IMG/VR virus record: IMGVR_UViG_3300018070_000009
Span: 1 to 38,351 of that record
Origin: a virus
Lineage: Duplodnaviria > Caudoviricetes
Length of the DNA: 38,351 nt
Reading direction: 5' to 3' (one strand)
Below, one piece after another: positions 38,001 through 38,351 of the stretch (its first letter is position 1; each line of letters opens with the position of its first letter). The notes beneath the pieces were generated by a model, which was not told where the DNA came from, ran no database searches, and worked only from the letters and a program-made list of their open reading frames with translations. Position numbers and translations under genes: made by a program.

Positions 38001-38350
38001 TCACCAAATTGTAATGTACTTATAACTCTTAAGGTATCTATATAAGTAAGTATACCATCAAATGTCATGGAAGATGACCCGGCGTATACTCCTGCATTAT
38101 TATATATTAATTGAGTATCTGAACCATATACTGTAGAATCTATAACTTTATACGTACCATCATCAGATAGGTACATAGTACCTAAACCGGTATTTATTAC
38201 ACTTGCCGCCGGGGAAGATGTTGATAAGGCATCAGTAATACCATATCCAGATAAAGTAGTAGGTGTACCAGTAATTGATGTAGTAAAATCCCATGTTTTA
38301 TTATCAACTTGCGTTTTAGTATAAGCATCAGTAATACCATATCCAGATAA
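35021..38350 (-). CDS. Long tail fibre protein, 5' end beyond the window
   Basis: Frame stays open from 38176 to the window edge (LSGYGITDAYTK...PTTLSGYGITDA); Thr/Ser/Gly-rich with internal duplicated modules. Confidence 0.85.
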   Translation of the reverse strand, partial: LSGYGITDAYTKTQVDNKTWDFTTSITGTPTTLSGYGITDALSTSSPAASVINTGLGTMYLSDDGTYKVIDSTVYGSDTQLIYNNAGVYAGSSSMTFDGILTYIDTLRVISTLQFGDSTANIHKGAGGDLTFYDSVVATAYTLAELVGTATNFWTPSGSNIWYGYKVGIGGIGTMTETLEVTGSILADNFSTKYFRYTTGGNLLIGPNAGDLETGTGKLYIHNTNSSTPIIYGDLGSLDLTFGGNVTIANAKAFIFGTSTVEVYTDISNNLIFKDALADSGAAITLSNLRDGAYYSLVSAYTDYIAVTSITAANKVIWNKASYITITGDGTKYLSDNGVYNTITGSITVTDNILKWDTSTFRPYTTKSEAGGASSNGKLYRDAIDLPTATTQLVYDGNYYATNLFLTNDITTSVLKTSGGTKTNGYFYTGTTNPSNTTRLNYDGWFYATGLQCYEGVYATLTSSSSSSRAAYLSKTYAVDSTVSTVAINRLSITGLNITGALLELIDNLTSPATFGSVISGVVNTVERFYLNPRSTSLAYKYDTSSTLTSGSLAQFYNNSSLKFDIQYDGSINIPTGANYKINDVVIGNTFSNGLYEDGGAVVWGGDLTQNTTVTGAYTIYMMPTSGNTFTIGSDNSGTWGTKQSFVMFGSNVNEPAITFTIMDSQVMPVSTSVTLTTSGLAYIADYSSYFTDRTLVDRGYVVGYAEPVLGNPGTDGYVLSSTVAGVRSWIANGGGGVTPVSDILYWNSGTSKYTPYAASTIGCLDSSSTDPTDTTTRLNYNGLFSATRIVLNSLPSNAITINNGTSNGISIVVSSSNGIFATATTGTAIYGQSTTTGSAIKADISSLLSSNCSAKLIDLQRTGIHTYNITGDIISISDNPTTSGTISGSVLKATIGTTVRINMNPRVVDSSSAIAYKFDTVNTLSTSGAKIASYINNGTEKAYITYKGSEALTAGTSSTFIMVPGIIKDFYTDVSTSGTSETDLYSYTVPANTLTTNGDKLKVKFVIEGTSTAASAIIYFAGISCFTSGANDYTGYSYVIDVLLIRVSSSIVRISVEGKSSAGNEQTYSELTSLDLTTTNIFKLAGLANNNSITAKLGTIEYQPSGVN

Positions 38351-38351
38351 A
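38229..38351. repeat. 27-bp exact direct repeat encoding the LSGYGITDA fibre repeat
   Basis: GCATCAGTAATACCATATCCAGATAAA at 38229-38255 and 38325-38351. Confidence 0.9.

Noticed and set aside
38174-38176. ATG 38176 as the tail fibre start
   Set aside because: The frame remains open with fibre repeats up to the window edge
1-38351. Genome-wide stop-codon reassignment (TAG or TGA)
   Set aside because: Code 11 gives dense coding including 1179- and 2149-aa ORFs; TGA and TAG end genes at sensible junctions; no tRNA recognised

Overview
This AT-rich, densely coding window is part of a tailed dsDNA phage genome, probably infecting Bacteroidota. Host evidence: A-rich start contexts without Shine-Dalgarno sites, TAnnTTTG elements, a DDLPF SSB tail and A|Q signal-peptide sites. 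Two arms converge on a terminator near 14.67-14.70 kb. The + arm (1-14645) carries early, replication, recombination and accessory genes: a Cys/Gly heptad-repeat protein, DHH phosphoesterase, DUF6745-like protein plus partner, SSB, PD-(D/E)XK nuclease, a circularly permuted GHKL ATPase, NinB-like protein, DnaB, DnaA-domain-IV protein, HNH-like protein, papain-like protease and a two-signal-peptide membrane protein. The - arm (14686-38351) is a crAss-like podovirus late module: tail fibre (truncated at the window end), four ring/adaptor proteins, muzzle protein, three ejected/cargo proteins including a 2149-aa polyvalent protein, receptor-binding proteins and lysis-type membrane genes. The top finding is two small Lys-rich ORFs (24362-24496, 24194-24358), absent from the ORF track, overprinted in the +1 frame inside the acidic linker of the polyvalent protein. 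They account for most of a local GC-rich island, and the second resembles a recurrent phage 'MPLKKGKS...NIREL...KQAxAIAL' protein type. All family calls come from motif recognition by eye; no searches were run.
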